IMG/VR virus record: IMGVR_UViG_3300025087_000064
Coordinates: 1-61,666 of that record
Direction: 5' to 3' (one strand)
DNA length: 61,666 bases
Origin: a virus
Lineage: Duplodnaviria > Caudoviricetes
Shown: piece after piece, positions 47,389 to 56,920 of the stretch
Position numbering within the stretch: position 1 is the first letter of the stretch
Layout: each line of letters starts with the position of its first letter
Made by a program: the position numbers and the translations under genes
The notes under the pieces: generated by a model
What the model was told of the DNA's origin: nothing
The model's database searches: none
Seen by the model: the letters and a program-made list of their open reading frames with translations, nothing else

Positions 47389-48428
47389 TGGGTACTCAAA
47401 CCTATAGCTTGGTCCCGTCTCGGAACCTTATCCGGGCAGAACTGCAAATGCTGAAGCATGCCGAGCCAACCATGGTTCTCGGATCTTTCGGTATGCAGAA
47501 AGAGCAACCGCTCAATAAAACCGACACCCTGGTATTCCGTCGGCTTGACCCCTATAACGCTGGCGCGAACGGTGTGGCGCAAATCACCGCAATTGACTTC
47601 CAGATCGCCGAGGGGTCCATTCCGGATGCCGGAACGATCAACTACACCAACGTATCGGTCACCCTCAAGCAGTATGCCGTTCTCTTCAAGCTGACCTCCA
47701 AGGCCGCCTTGATGTATGAGGACGACATCCCTGGAGATATGGTCAAGCTCACCGGTTCGACCCTTGGCGAAGTCGCCGAGCTCGTAGCATATGGTGAGTT
47801 CAAAGCTGGAACTTCCGTCATCTACGCCAACGGCACCACTCGGGCAGGTATCAACACCGCTATCTCCCTCGACAAGCTCCGTCAGGCCACTCGGACCCTT
47901 GAGAACAACATGGGAAAAAAGGTCACCTCGACCATCGCCCCCGGCCTCAAGTTTGACACGAGCGCAGTTGAGGAGTGCTTCCTGGTATTCATGCACACCG
48001 ACTGCAACAGCGATGTTCGGGATCTTCCTAACTTCGTGCCCCGTATCAAATACGGCACCGCTATCTCCCCGGTTCACGCTCGGGAAATGGGATGTTGTGA
48101 GGAGTTCCGCTTCGTAACGAGCCCCCTCTTCCGTCCCTTCTTGGCCGCTGGTAGTGCGACCCTGAATGGAATGGTAGCTGCCGACGCAACCAACGTTGAC
48201 GTGTATCCTATGCTCGTCATCGCCGAGGAAGCCTGGGGCCATGTAAGCCTTAAGGGGCATGGAAAAACCTCTATCTCTCCGACCTTCCTGCCGCCTTCGC
48301 AGAAGAACCACGCCAACCCGAGCGGTACGTTCGGATACGTGGGAGCTGACTTCTGGTATGCACCGGTTAGGGCGAACGAGAACTGGTTCCTCCGGATCGA
48401 AACTGCCGTAACCAAGCTCATCGCATAA
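47388..48428 (+). CDS. Major capsid protein (N4 gp56-like family)
   Basis: MLKHAEP..VLG.FG..K.QP.NKTDTLVFRR, V.VTLKQY, DVYP.LV, GYVG...WY..NENW..RIE. Confidence 0.9.
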   Translation: MGTQTYSLVPSRNLIRAELQMLKHAEPTMVLGSFGMQKEQPLNKTDTLVFRRLDPYNAGANGVAQITAIDFQIAEGSIPDAGTINYTNVSVTLKQYAVLFKLTSKAALMYEDDIPGDMVKLTGSTLGEVAELVAYGEFKAGTSVIYANGTTRAGINTAISLDKLRQATRTLENNMGKKVTSTIAPGLKFDTSAVEECFLVFMHTDCNSDVRDLPNFVPRIKYGTAISPVHAREMGCCEEFRFVTSPLFRPFLAAGSATLNGMVAADATNVDVYPMLVIAEEAWGHVSLKGHGKTSISPTFLPPSQKNHANPSGTFGYVGADFWYAPVRANENWFLRIETAVTKLIA

Positions 48429-48476
48429 GGAATAACGCCGGGGGAAACCCCGGCAAGCCTAAGGAGGGCTTGAATA

Positions 48477-49943
48477 ATGAGTGAAAGTATTAAGAGACGG
48501 GTCAACTCAATGACCGTCGTGAGTGACCGGGAAGAAGCCCGGAAGCTCTTTAACAGTGTCCTGACCGAGCTTATCGCCGCCAGGGCATTAACGTTAGAGC
48601 TTCGGACCGACCACGCGACGTTTAAGACAGCTGTCGACGCCGTTGAAACTCTTATCGAAGAGTTGCACGACGACCATGCAACGTTCAAAACCGCCGCCGA
48701 TGGCGTAGAGACCTTGATTGAGGAGTTGCACGACGACGCAGCGACACAGAAAACCCTCAACGACGAAATGATCGTGGACCATGACGCACAGGTCACATGG
48801 TCAACTGAGGTTGACGCTGACGAAGACGTTATGAATAATATCATTTCCTTCAACGACGCAGACGGCGTGATAGGTGGTGACTTTACTATCACCGGAACAG
48901 CTGCAGTAACCCTGCTCGGTGCCGGTCATGTTCTTTATCGGATAGGCGGGCAAGAGTATTACGCCGATCTCGACACCACGATCACCTTGGAGGATAGTTT
49001 CGACATCGTTCAGAATAAGTACGGTGCCTGGCGAATCCTTATTGACCGGGCTGGAGTTGTAACAACCCAGGACACTGGCGCACAAATGGCATGGGATAAT
49101 GCCGAGGATGCATTACTCAACTTGAGCACCCGAGCCCCAAGTGCCAATACTGCAACGATTGGTTATTTTACTGTCGTGGACGCCGGAGCGGCTGGATTCA
49201 ATATCGGAGTCACCTTTACGTCAGGCGGCACCGCGACCGGTGTTGTCTACCATGTTCGTGGCAACCAGAAGAAGGTCACCGGTCTTCACACCGCAAATGG
49301 TGCGGCTTCGACCGTAGGTGCTACCCCGACCAAGTATTCGACTGGCACTAAAGATGTCATGCTTAATGGCATCCGGATCGCCCAAATAGCAGCAGAGGCT
49401 GACAAAGCTTTTGATGACCTTGACACTATAGGGCAGGCACAATTCGGCGGTTGGTTAATCGTGACCAATCTTGCTAAGAGCGCAACGTACTCGCTCGCAG
49501 CTGATGGCCTTGCTGGCGCAGTTAGCGCAATGACATACGCCACCTCTGGAGACGTTCAGACCGCCCTCGATCTCGTAGCCGACAGGCTCCCCGAGATGTT
49601 CTGCCCGATTGCCCAGGTTATTGTCACGAATAATCTGGCTGGTGCATGGACAGCCGGGACCGACGATATCAACGGCACAGACGGCACAGCCGCTTGGACC
49701 GATGCAACTGTAGGCTCGTGGGACAGAACCAATGTGACAGGGTTTGACTCTCATAAGATCACCAGGCCAAGTATCCCTGCGAGTATCACCGCCCCGCTGG
49801 TAGCGAACATCACCGCTACGGCACCGGCGACCCTTGGGTCCCCGAAACCGGCTTCCGCCCCCGCAACTCTGGGGACTGCAAAACCGGCCTCCGGGCCTGC
49901 GACTCTATCCGCCGCAGCCATGGTCGAAACCTTGGTTGCATAA
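48477..49943 (+). CDS. Putative capsid decoration or fibre protein
   Basis: Follows the capsid gene; N-terminal coiled coil with a 21-aa repeat, Ala/Thr/Gly-rich beta region. Confidence 0.55.
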   Translation: MSESIKRRVNSMTVVSDREEARKLFNSVLTELIAARALTLELRTDHATFKTAVDAVETLIEELHDDHATFKTAADGVETLIEELHDDAATQKTLNDEMIVDHDAQVTWSTEVDADEDVMNNIISFNDADGVIGGDFTITGTAAVTLLGAGHVLYRIGGQEYYADLDTTITLEDSFDIVQNKYGAWRILIDRAGVVTTQDTGAQMAWDNAEDALLNLSTRAPSANTATIGYFTVVDAGAAGFNIGVTFTSGGTATGVVYHVRGNQKKVTGLHTANGAASTVGATPTKYSTGTKDVMLNGIRIAQIAAEADKAFDDLDTIGQAQFGGWLIVTNLAKSATYSLAADGLAGAVSAMTYATSGDVQTALDLVADRLPEMFCPIAQVIVTNNLAGAWTAGTDDINGTDGTAAWTDATVGSWDRTNVTGFDSHKITRPSIPASITAPLVANITATAPATLGSPKPASAPATLGTAKPASGPATLSAAAMVETLVA

Positions 49944-49997
49944 CATATTTGTTAATTTTTGAAGCAAAATAATAACCCTTATATTGAGGAAAGAAGT

Positions 49998-50474
49998 ATG
50001 AAGAACTTAAATGACGACCCGCGAGGGGGAACTTTCTGTATGTCGAGCGCTGGTCTGGTGATCGGCGACGGCGCAAAAACCGGTCCCGCCATTGCGGCAC
50101 CGAATGGAGCGGGTATCGACTTTGTTATCGATGGCCGATTCTATCACAAGGCAGACGCCGCAACCGTATTGCCGCTATCTGCCGGAACCACCGTCCCGGT
50201 ACTGTCCAAGTGTCTCTTCTTGATGTGTGTCGATGTCGATGGAAACGTCACCAGTATCCAGAGTAATATCGAGTTAACCACCGACCTGGCCGCAGGCAAT
50301 GCCAAGTTGGAATGGCCCGTTCCGACCGAGGGGCTTTGTCCATTTGGCGCTGTAAAGGTACAGACCACCAACGCCGCGACCTTCGTTCCTGGAACGACCG
50401 CTCTGGACGCCGGAGATATCACCGAGACGTATTATAACCTGTTCGCAACCCCGATTAACGGACTCACCTCCTAA
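49998..50474 (+). CDS. Putative head decoration protein
   Basis: Beta-rich ORF with GAGG RBS, followed by a terminator. Confidence 0.55.
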   Translation: MKNLNDDPRGGTFCMSSAGLVIGDGAKTGPAIAAPNGAGIDFVIDGRFYHKADAATVLPLSAGTTVPVLSKCLFLMCVDVDGNVTSIQSNIELTTDLAAGNAKLEWPVPTEGLCPFGAVKVQTTNAATFVPGTTALDAGDITETYYNLFATPINGLTS

Positions 50475-50500
50475 TCTAGTTTCGAGCAAATAACTAAAAC

Positions 50501-50534
50501 AGCGGGATGGACTGTTTTACATCCCGCTATTTTT
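50501..50534 (+). terminator. Intrinsic terminator
   Basis: AGCGGGATG...CATCCCGCT-ATTTTT. Confidence 0.7.
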
Positions 50535-50553
50535 CCATAACAAGGAGAGTGAA

Positions 50554-51003
50554 ATGGCAAGGAAAGAGTTTGACGTAGCAAGAAACAGCACCGATCCGCC
50601 GGTAGAGCTGGCGGAACTAGGAAACGATAGCGGTATCCAGAGCGTGGCGCTTAACGACATGTTTCGGGACACCCTGAAGCTCGAAGCATTTATGCAGCAA
50701 AAGCTTGTTATACTGGTCTTTGAAGACAACACCGAAGGGGCCTTGAGGGTCATACGGCCCGAGGTCAATGGTGTCGCTCAACCTATTATCAGGGGCGCAA
50801 AGACCAAGATCAAGAGGAAATATGTCGAGGCCCTGGCTCGTGGAATCAGTACGAAGTTTGATCAAAAGCAGTCCGATCCGTCAAATCCGGCGAGCCTGCA
50901 AATGATCCCGCTGAGCAGACAGACATACCCATTTACTGTATTGTTCGACCCGGATGAGTTGGGCCCTGAGTGGCTCAATAACATTCTCGCAGAAAGAGGG
51001 TAA
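50554..51003 (+). CDS. Hypothetical virion-module protein
   Basis: AAGGAG RBS; VNG....I.RG...IKRKYVEALAR. Confidence 0.6.
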   Translation: MARKEFDVARNSTDPPVELAELGNDSGIQSVALNDMFRDTLKLEAFMQQKLVILVFEDNTEGALRVIRPEVNGVAQPIIRGAKTKIKRKYVEALARGISTKFDQKQSDPSNPASLQMIPLSRQTYPFTVLFDPDELGPEWLNNILAERG

Positions 51004-51006
51004 GTC

Positions 51007-51678
51007 ATGGACCGCCTGCTACAAACACAGCGGCTCAGTAGAGAGGCCGGGATTAACTTCGTCGGCCCCTCCACTACTATTGCGCAGACCGGAATGTTCC
51101 TGCAGCTGGTGGAGTGGATCGATACTGCTCATAGCAATATCCAGACCCTACACCCTACGTGGGAATTCCTTCGTAAGGAGTTCTCCAAGGCCCTGACAAT
51201 TGCGACCGGCACATACACCCCGACCGACCTCAGCGTGACGGACTGGGGGGAGTGGGCTCCAGAGGACTGGCGGATTTACCTCGTTGCTGCCGACGAAGCG
51301 TTTATCGACTATGTTAGATATGACGAATTCCGGCAAATGTTTGGAGTGGGGACACAGCTCACCAAGACTGGGAGGCCGACATGTTTCACGGTTAAACCCA
51401 ATGATAGTATCATATTCTACCCCATTCCGGATCAGGCTTACACACTGAAGGGGGAATACTTTCGCGGCCCGCTGGTATGGACCGCCGATGCTGACGTTCC
51501 CCTTTGGTCAGGAAGGGATTTCGATATTGCGATTATGTGGCGAGCGCTGATGTTCTACGGCACCTCTTACGCTGAGCCTGACAAGTTCGCGGTGGGGCAG
51601 ATGGAGTATCGCAAATGTCTAAGACAACTGGAGAAAAAGTATCTCCCCAGGCTCAAGTGGGGGGCTCCCCTGGCATGA
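51007..51678 (+). CDS. Head-tail adaptor (tail tubular A-like)
   Basis: WEFL, GRPT.F, FYPIPDQAYTL.GEY; position before the nozzle gene. Confidence 0.7.
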   Translation: MDRLLQTQRLSREAGINFVGPSTTIAQTGMFLQLVEWIDTAHSNIQTLHPTWEFLRKEFSKALTIATGTYTPTDLSVTDWGEWAPEDWRIYLVAADEAFIDYVRYDEFRQMFGVGTQLTKTGRPTCFTVKPNDSIIFYPIPDQAYTLKGEYFRGPLVWTADADVPLWSGRDFDIAIMWRALMFYGTSYAEPDKFAVGQMEYRKCLRQLEKKYLPRLKWGAPLA

Positions 51679-53726
51679 GTACGAAGAAAGTTCGTGTTGA
51701 CACAAAATATATCCCATTCTCTGGCGGCATGGATACCGAAACTTCGAGGGTCGCGGTCAAGTCTGGCCATGTCAGGACCTCGAAGAATGTGTATCAGGGT
51801 GTCACCGGGGGGTATCGCACGATGTCGGGTCACGAAAGGTGGGACGGAAGGGTTGCTCCACATTTGGCAATCTACGCCATTCTAACGACAACATTGACCG
51901 GGGCCGTATCGGTCGGCGATATTGTCACCGACGATACGGCTGCTGCCTTCGGCACGGTAATTGTTAACGGCACAACGTTCCTGGCTATTACGAAAATAAC
52001 CGGAGTATTCCTAGCTGGCAATATCAAGATTGGCGCAGCGGTGGTTGGTACATGCACAGGCCCACAGGTTAACGGGTCGGCTGGCACAACCCTGCTTGAC
52101 GCGCAGTACAAGAATCTTGCCGCTGATGTTTATCGAGCCGATATCACCGCACCCACAGGTTCAGGCGCGATCCGTGGGGTATGGTGGCTCAAGGGGCTTC
52201 GCTATTGCTTTCGGAACAATGCGGGGGGCACTGCTTGCGACATGTGGGTAGGTTCGAGCGGCGGATGGTCCCAGGTTTCCCTTGGCAAGAAGCTAGCCTT
52301 CACTTCGGGCGGGGCATACGAAGTCCTCGACGGTGACACAATCGTCGGTGAAATATCCGGGGCGACTGCGGTGGTTTCACGCGTGGTACTTCAGGCTAAC
52401 ACATGGGCTGCAGGTACGGCAATCGGACTATTCGTCTTTGCCTCACAGACAGGGGTGTTTCAAGCGGAAACCGTCCGTGTCGGGGCCAATCTGAACGTTG
52501 CAAGTATAGCGGCAAATTCCTCCTCAATCACGTTGACGGCTGGTGGGCATTACGAGTTCGTGACGGACAACTTCACAGCTAGCCAAGATACACAGAAAAT
52601 GTATGGTTGCAACGGGGTCGATACGTTTGGCTTCGAGTTCGACGGGACCACTTTCGTCCCCATAGAAACCGGGATGACCGTCGCTCCGTCGCACGTATAC
52701 GTGCATAAGCTCCACCTATTCTTTGCATTCCTCGGATCGGTACAGCACTCCCGTCCCGGCTTCCCATACGAATGGGACCCAATATTCGGCTCCGACGAAA
52801 TCGGTATGGGAGCACGTATCACCGGGTTTATCGCGCAGCCCGGTAGTGACGGAACTAGCGCACTTGCAATCTTCACGGCGTCTGATACGTCTATCCTTTA
52901 CGGGTCGGGCGTCGCGGATTGGAGCATAGTCGGCTTCAAGCAGAACATGGGCGGCATTGAGTGGAGCCCACAATTCATCGGCCAGACAGTATTCCTTGAC
53001 AATCGGGGGGTGACCTCCCTGTCGGCGGCCCAGACCTATGGCAACTTTACCGACTCAACATTGTCGTTTAAGTTCACCTCGTATCTCGACGCCAAAAAGA
53101 ATCAGGTCACGGCGTCTTGCGTTAGCCGGGAGAAGAATCTTTACATGCTATTCTTCGCCGATGCAACCGCCATTTTTTGCACCGTGGTCGGGGGAAAGCT
53201 GCAGGCAGGTATGGAGATGGAGCTTAACCACACGGTCACCAGTATTTGCTCGGTTGATGATGGTAGCGGAAATGAAATCATCTTCTTTGGCGATAGCGAC
53301 GGGATGGTTTACGAACTATTCCAGGGCACCTCAGATGATGGCGAACCGGTAGCCTGGTATATGGATCTCGTTTATGATAGCCTTGGCTCACCGACCTTCG
53401 ATAAGCATTTCCTTATGGCAACGTTAGAGGTGAACGGAACAGGGTACGCCGCTTTCGAGTTCGGATACAGCTTAGAATACGAGAGCCCATACGTGGCCCA
53501 ACCATCGCTAGAGGCCCGTACCATAACGTTAGGCCCGGTGTATTGGGGTGCCTTTACGTGGGGCCAGTTCTTCTGGGACGGCGAAAGTCTGACGCCCGAG
53601 AAGTTTCCAGTGATGGGCGTCGCCTCTAATATAGGGTTGAAATTTGTGGGGTCCAGCGAAATTGATGAATCAATGCTCTTTCAGGGGGTCCTCATACAGT
53701 ATTATTTAACAAGGAGTAAGAGATAA
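51675..53726 (+). CDS. Tail nozzle/stabilisation protein (tubular B / P22 gp10-like)
   Basis: N-terminal FSGGMD, beta-propeller-like composition, about 680 aa; ATGA overlap with the adaptor. Confidence 0.7.
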   Translation: MSTKKVRVDTKYIPFSGGMDTETSRVAVKSGHVRTSKNVYQGVTGGYRTMSGHERWDGRVAPHLAIYAILTTTLTGAVSVGDIVTDDTAAAFGTVIVNGTTFLAITKITGVFLAGNIKIGAAVVGTCTGPQVNGSAGTTLLDAQYKNLAADVYRADITAPTGSGAIRGVWWLKGLRYCFRNNAGGTACDMWVGSSGGWSQVSLGKKLAFTSGGAYEVLDGDTIVGEISGATAVVSRVVLQANTWAAGTAIGLFVFASQTGVFQAETVRVGANLNVASIAANSSSITLTAGGHYEFVTDNFTASQDTQKMYGCNGVDTFGFEFDGTTFVPIETGMTVAPSHVYVHKLHLFFAFLGSVQHSRPGFPYEWDPIFGSDEIGMGARITGFIAQPGSDGTSALAIFTASDTSILYGSGVADWSIVGFKQNMGGIEWSPQFIGQTVFLDNRGVTSLSAAQTYGNFTDSTLSFKFTSYLDAKKNQVTASCVSREKNLYMLFFADATAIFCTVVGGKLQAGMEMELNHTVTSICSVDDGSGNEIIFFGDSDGMVYELFQGTSDDGEPVAWYMDLVYDSLGSPTFDKHFLMATLEVNGTGYAAFEFGYSLEYESPYVAQPSLEARTITLGPVYWGAFTWGQFFWDGESLTPEKFPVMGVASNIGLKFVGSSEIDESMLFQGVLIQYYLTRSKR

Positions 53727-53727
53727 G

Positions 53728-55047
53728 ATGCCGAGCAATCCATTCTATGATAGCACAGGTAACCCGGCCAACAATTCACCTGGCAATCCCGCGACGATAA
53801 GGGCAGAGTTTGACGCCATAGAGGACGCGTTCGATAAGCTCCCTGTCTTGGCCGGTCATGCCAGCGAGGCCGTTTTTGTCAATGCCGGGGCCACTGCGCT
53901 GGAAAGCAGAACCGCCGCAAACGCCAGGACAGCTTTGGGAGTAGAAGCCGCAGCAAATAAGGATGTGAGCGGTGGGTATGTCGGCCTGGATGTGCTCAAG
54001 ATCAAATTCCGCAACCTTCTTAACACATTCACGTCGTTCCTGGTGAACTCCAACACCGCCGCCAGGACCTACACCTTCCCCGATGACGATGGCACACTCG
54101 CCCTGATGTCCGACCTACCCCCGAATGGAGAGAAGAACTTTATTATTAATGGGAATTTCGACATCTGGCAACGCGACACCACCCATACCACATTGGGTTA
54201 CGGCTCTGACGATAGGTGGTACGTGGATTTTGTCGGATCAACATTTACAAATGACAAGAGAGATCATATCGTCGGACAAACTACTGTGCCCGATAACCCG
54301 CTTACCTTCTCCAGGACTGCTGTCGTTACAGTGGCGGGTAATGGCAACTTCTGTAATAAGCAGCAGCGCATAGAAGATGCCTCATCCCTATCTGGCGAAA
54401 CGGTGACCTTGAGCTTTTACGCGAAAGCCGACGCACCGAAAAATATCTCGGTTGAATTTGTCCAGCATTTCGGCACTGGCGGGGCTCCTTCTGCCGACGT
54501 AACCGGAACCGGGGTTAATAAGATTGCCATAACCGCCGATTGGGCTCTCTATACTGTCACGGTAGCGATCCCGAGCGTGTCGGGTAAGACCTTCGGGACT
54601 GACGTTAATGATTACACCGCTGTCCTTTTTTGGTTCGATGCGGGGGCGGATTTTAACGCAAGAACCGACACCCTCGGCCAGCAGAACGGGATATTTAATC
54701 TCTCGCACGTACAGCTTGAGATTGGTAGTACTGCGTCGCCATTTGAGGTTAGGCACATGACAGACGAGCTTCACCTGTGTCTTCGTTATTACACCGGAGA
54801 CTCAAATTGGATTATGTTCTCAGGGGACGTGACGGTTGCAAATAACTATACGGCTCACGGTAATTTTGCCGAAGAGATGAGGGCGATACCGTCGATTACC
54901 CTTCAGAACGCTGGGGTGTCCAGCTTCGGCGCGGCCACAGGGACTGTGGCGGTGACAGCCAGTAGTGTTGATGAGACACGCACGTCGTCAGCCACTGGCA
55001 CCGGGGCGTATTTTTACTCTTACTATTTTGCCGATGCGGAGTTATAA
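53728..55047 (+). CDS. Tail fibre 1
   Basis: IRAEFDAIE anchor, KNFIINGNFDIWQR, VTLSFYAKA, VQLEIG, C.RYY, C-terminal ADAEL. Confidence 0.8.
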   Translation: MPSNPFYDSTGNPANNSPGNPATIRAEFDAIEDAFDKLPVLAGHASEAVFVNAGATALESRTAANARTALGVEAAANKDVSGGYVGLDVLKIKFRNLLNTFTSFLVNSNTAARTYTFPDDDGTLALMSDLPPNGEKNFIINGNFDIWQRDTTHTTLGYGSDDRWYVDFVGSTFTNDKRDHIVGQTTVPDNPLTFSRTAVVTVAGNGNFCNKQQRIEDASSLSGETVTLSFYAKADAPKNISVEFVQHFGTGGAPSADVTGTGVNKIAITADWALYTVTVAIPSVSGKTFGTDVNDYTAVLFWFDAGADFNARTDTLGQQNGIFNLSHVQLEIGSTASPFEVRHMTDELHLCLRYYTGDSNWIMFSGDVTVANNYTAHGNFAEEMRAIPSITLQNAGVSSFGAATGTVAVTASSVDETRTSSATGTGAYFYSYYFADAEL

Positions 55048-56370
55048 ATGGCCAATCCTTATTATAATGCGTCGGGTGAGCCTACCAATGCGGCTGGAGC
55101 CTTGAGCTTACCCCTCAGGGCTGAGTACAACGCCATAGAGGCGGGGTGCTCGTTGCTTCCGCAAGTGTCATCGTCCGCCAACCAACTAATCGCCGTGAAC
55201 CCAACGGCTAACGCGCTCGAATCATTGCCACCGGCCTCGGCGGTGCCAGCTATCGGCGCGGTGCTGGCGAGTATGAAAGATTTTGCCGATGGCTATTTAG
55301 GCCTAACTGCATGGAAGGTTAATTTTACTAATGCTATTGGCACGATAAAATCATTCCTAGTTAACTCGAATTCAGCTATCCGCACTTACACGTTCCAGGA
55401 TAAGAGTGGATATATGTTGCTCCGAGAGAACGCCAGCACTATCTATAACCGCAACATACTGATAAACGGATCGTTTCTGGTGTGGCAGCGCGGTATCTCC
55501 CATACAGCAGCTGGGTACAAAACCAACGATAGGTGGTATGATAACCATGGTGATGGCACGGTCACAACCTCCCGGCAAACATTTACACCGGGGCAGACCG
55601 ATGTGCCTGGAAACCCCAAGTATTTTGCTAGGGCTGTTGTTGTAACCAGTGGCACAGCGGGTTCGTTCGCCTGCAAGGAACAATGGGTGTGGCATGTTGG
55701 AATTATCGAAAACAGGTCAGCGACACTGAGCTTTTATGCGAAGGCTGATGCTCCGAAGGATATGGCGATTGAGTTTGTCCAAAACTTCGGACTAGGAGGG
55801 TCGGACGAGGTAGCCGGGATAGGGGTGCAGAAGGTATCGCTTACGACTAATTGGCAGCTCTTTACGTTACACGTAAGCCTCCCCAGTATTGCCACAAAGA
55901 CAGTCTTTTCGCCAGATGACGATGCCCTAGTTGTGAGATTTTGGTTCGAGGCCGGAAGCACCTACAATGGGAACACCCTCTCTCTCGGAAATCAATCAGG
56001 GACGTTTGATCTGTCTAATGTGCAGCTAGAACGAGGCGGTGCTCGGTCGCAATTTGAGCGTAGAAGTTACGCCAGAGAGCTGTATTTGTGCCAACCATAT
56101 TTCCAAATAGTAGCGCTGAGATATAGCGGTAAAGTCACTAACACAAAAGCGTATAAGGCAATAGGCGTATTGCAGAGAGCTATGCGTACCTATAACCCAT
56201 TCCGTTCAACTTGGCCTGGTGGGGTTTACGACGGCTTTCCTTCCACCGGCACGGCGTCAACACCAGGGGTATCGTATAACGCTAAATTTATTCTTGAGAC
56301 GAGGACGTGTAATAGCACAAAAGCGTCGGGTTATTTCGCATCTTATTACTCGCTGGATTCTGAAATATAA
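55048..56370 (+). CDS. Tail fibre 2 (paralogue of fibre 1)
   Basis: Collinear with fibre 1: RNILINGSFLVWQR, TLSFYAKADAPK, VQLERG, C-terminal LDSEI. Confidence 0.8.
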   Translation: MANPYYNASGEPTNAAGALSLPLRAEYNAIEAGCSLLPQVSSSANQLIAVNPTANALESLPPASAVPAIGAVLASMKDFADGYLGLTAWKVNFTNAIGTIKSFLVNSNSAIRTYTFQDKSGYMLLRENASTIYNRNILINGSFLVWQRGISHTAAGYKTNDRWYDNHGDGTVTTSRQTFTPGQTDVPGNPKYFARAVVVTSGTAGSFACKEQWVWHVGIIENRSATLSFYAKADAPKDMAIEFVQNFGLGGSDEVAGIGVQKVSLTTNWQLFTLHVSLPSIATKTVFSPDDDALVVRFWFEAGSTYNGNTLSLGNQSGTFDLSNVQLERGGARSQFERRSYARELYLCQPYFQIVALRYSGKVTNTKAYKAIGVLQRAMRTYNPFRSTWPGGVYDGFPSTGTASTPGVSYNAKFILETRTCNSTKASGYFASYYSLDSEI

Positions 56371-56383
56371 TAAGGAGGTTTAT

Positions 56384-56920
56384 ATGTATAAATTCGAAAG
56401 TGCAACTGGTCCATCTGTAATAAACACCGAAACAGGAGAGACGAATATCCGCCCAGGTGTTTGGAAGTGGCGGGAGTACCTGAAATGGGTGGCCGATGGC
56501 GGTATCACCGCTCCGCCGGACGACCAGACCGCGATAGTAAGGCGCGAAAAGCGTGCAGCCCTGGCAAACGAGGTCTATAGGCTTCTGTTTGACGGTGTGG
56601 AGTTTGGTGGTAAGTGGTATAATACCACTGTCGAGGACAGGGCTCTCCTGAATGCCATGGGCCTTTACGCCATTGCTAAGAAGTCTGACGGAGTAAACCC
56701 AGCTACATCGCTGCAGGGGTTTTCCCTACCCACAGCCGACAGCCCTGAGGGGGGTACGACTATCCAGACTATAATCGACCTACTCAGTTGGGTCGCGGAA
56801 AACGACCAGAATATTATGGCGATAGCAAGGATTCATCAGGCTGGCCTCGACGCCTCTCTCGATCCCGGCAACTACAACATATCAACCGGCTTCCCAGACG
56901 GCAAGAAAAAGGTGAAGTAA
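56384..56920 (+). CDS. Tail fibre assembly chaperone (DUF4376-like)
   Basis: AAGGAGG RBS; WREYLKWVA.G and GVEF.G.WY.T; follows the fibres. Confidence 0.65.
   Translation: MYKFESATGPSVINTETGETNIRPGVWKWREYLKWVADGGITAPPDDQTAIVRREKRAALANEVYRLLFDGVEFGGKWYNTTVEDRALLNAMGLYAIAKKSDGVNPATSLQGFSLPTADSPEGGTTIQTIIDLLSWVAENDQNIMAIARIHQAGLDASLDPGNYNISTGFPDGKKKVK

Noticed and set aside
48437-48454. Hairpin after the capsid gene as an intrinsic terminator
   Set aside because: No U tract follows; more likely a stabilising or pause hairpin
47358-48892. Long antisense ORFs (317 and 272 aa) opposite the capsid genes, and similar ones opposite the giant gene
   Set aside because: Shadow ORFs of strongly coding genes, with no motifs or RBS
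53728-56370. Invertible or DGR-driven tail-fibre switching
   Set aside because: Both genes are complete and co-oriented; I noticed no flanking inverted sites, intact invertase or RT
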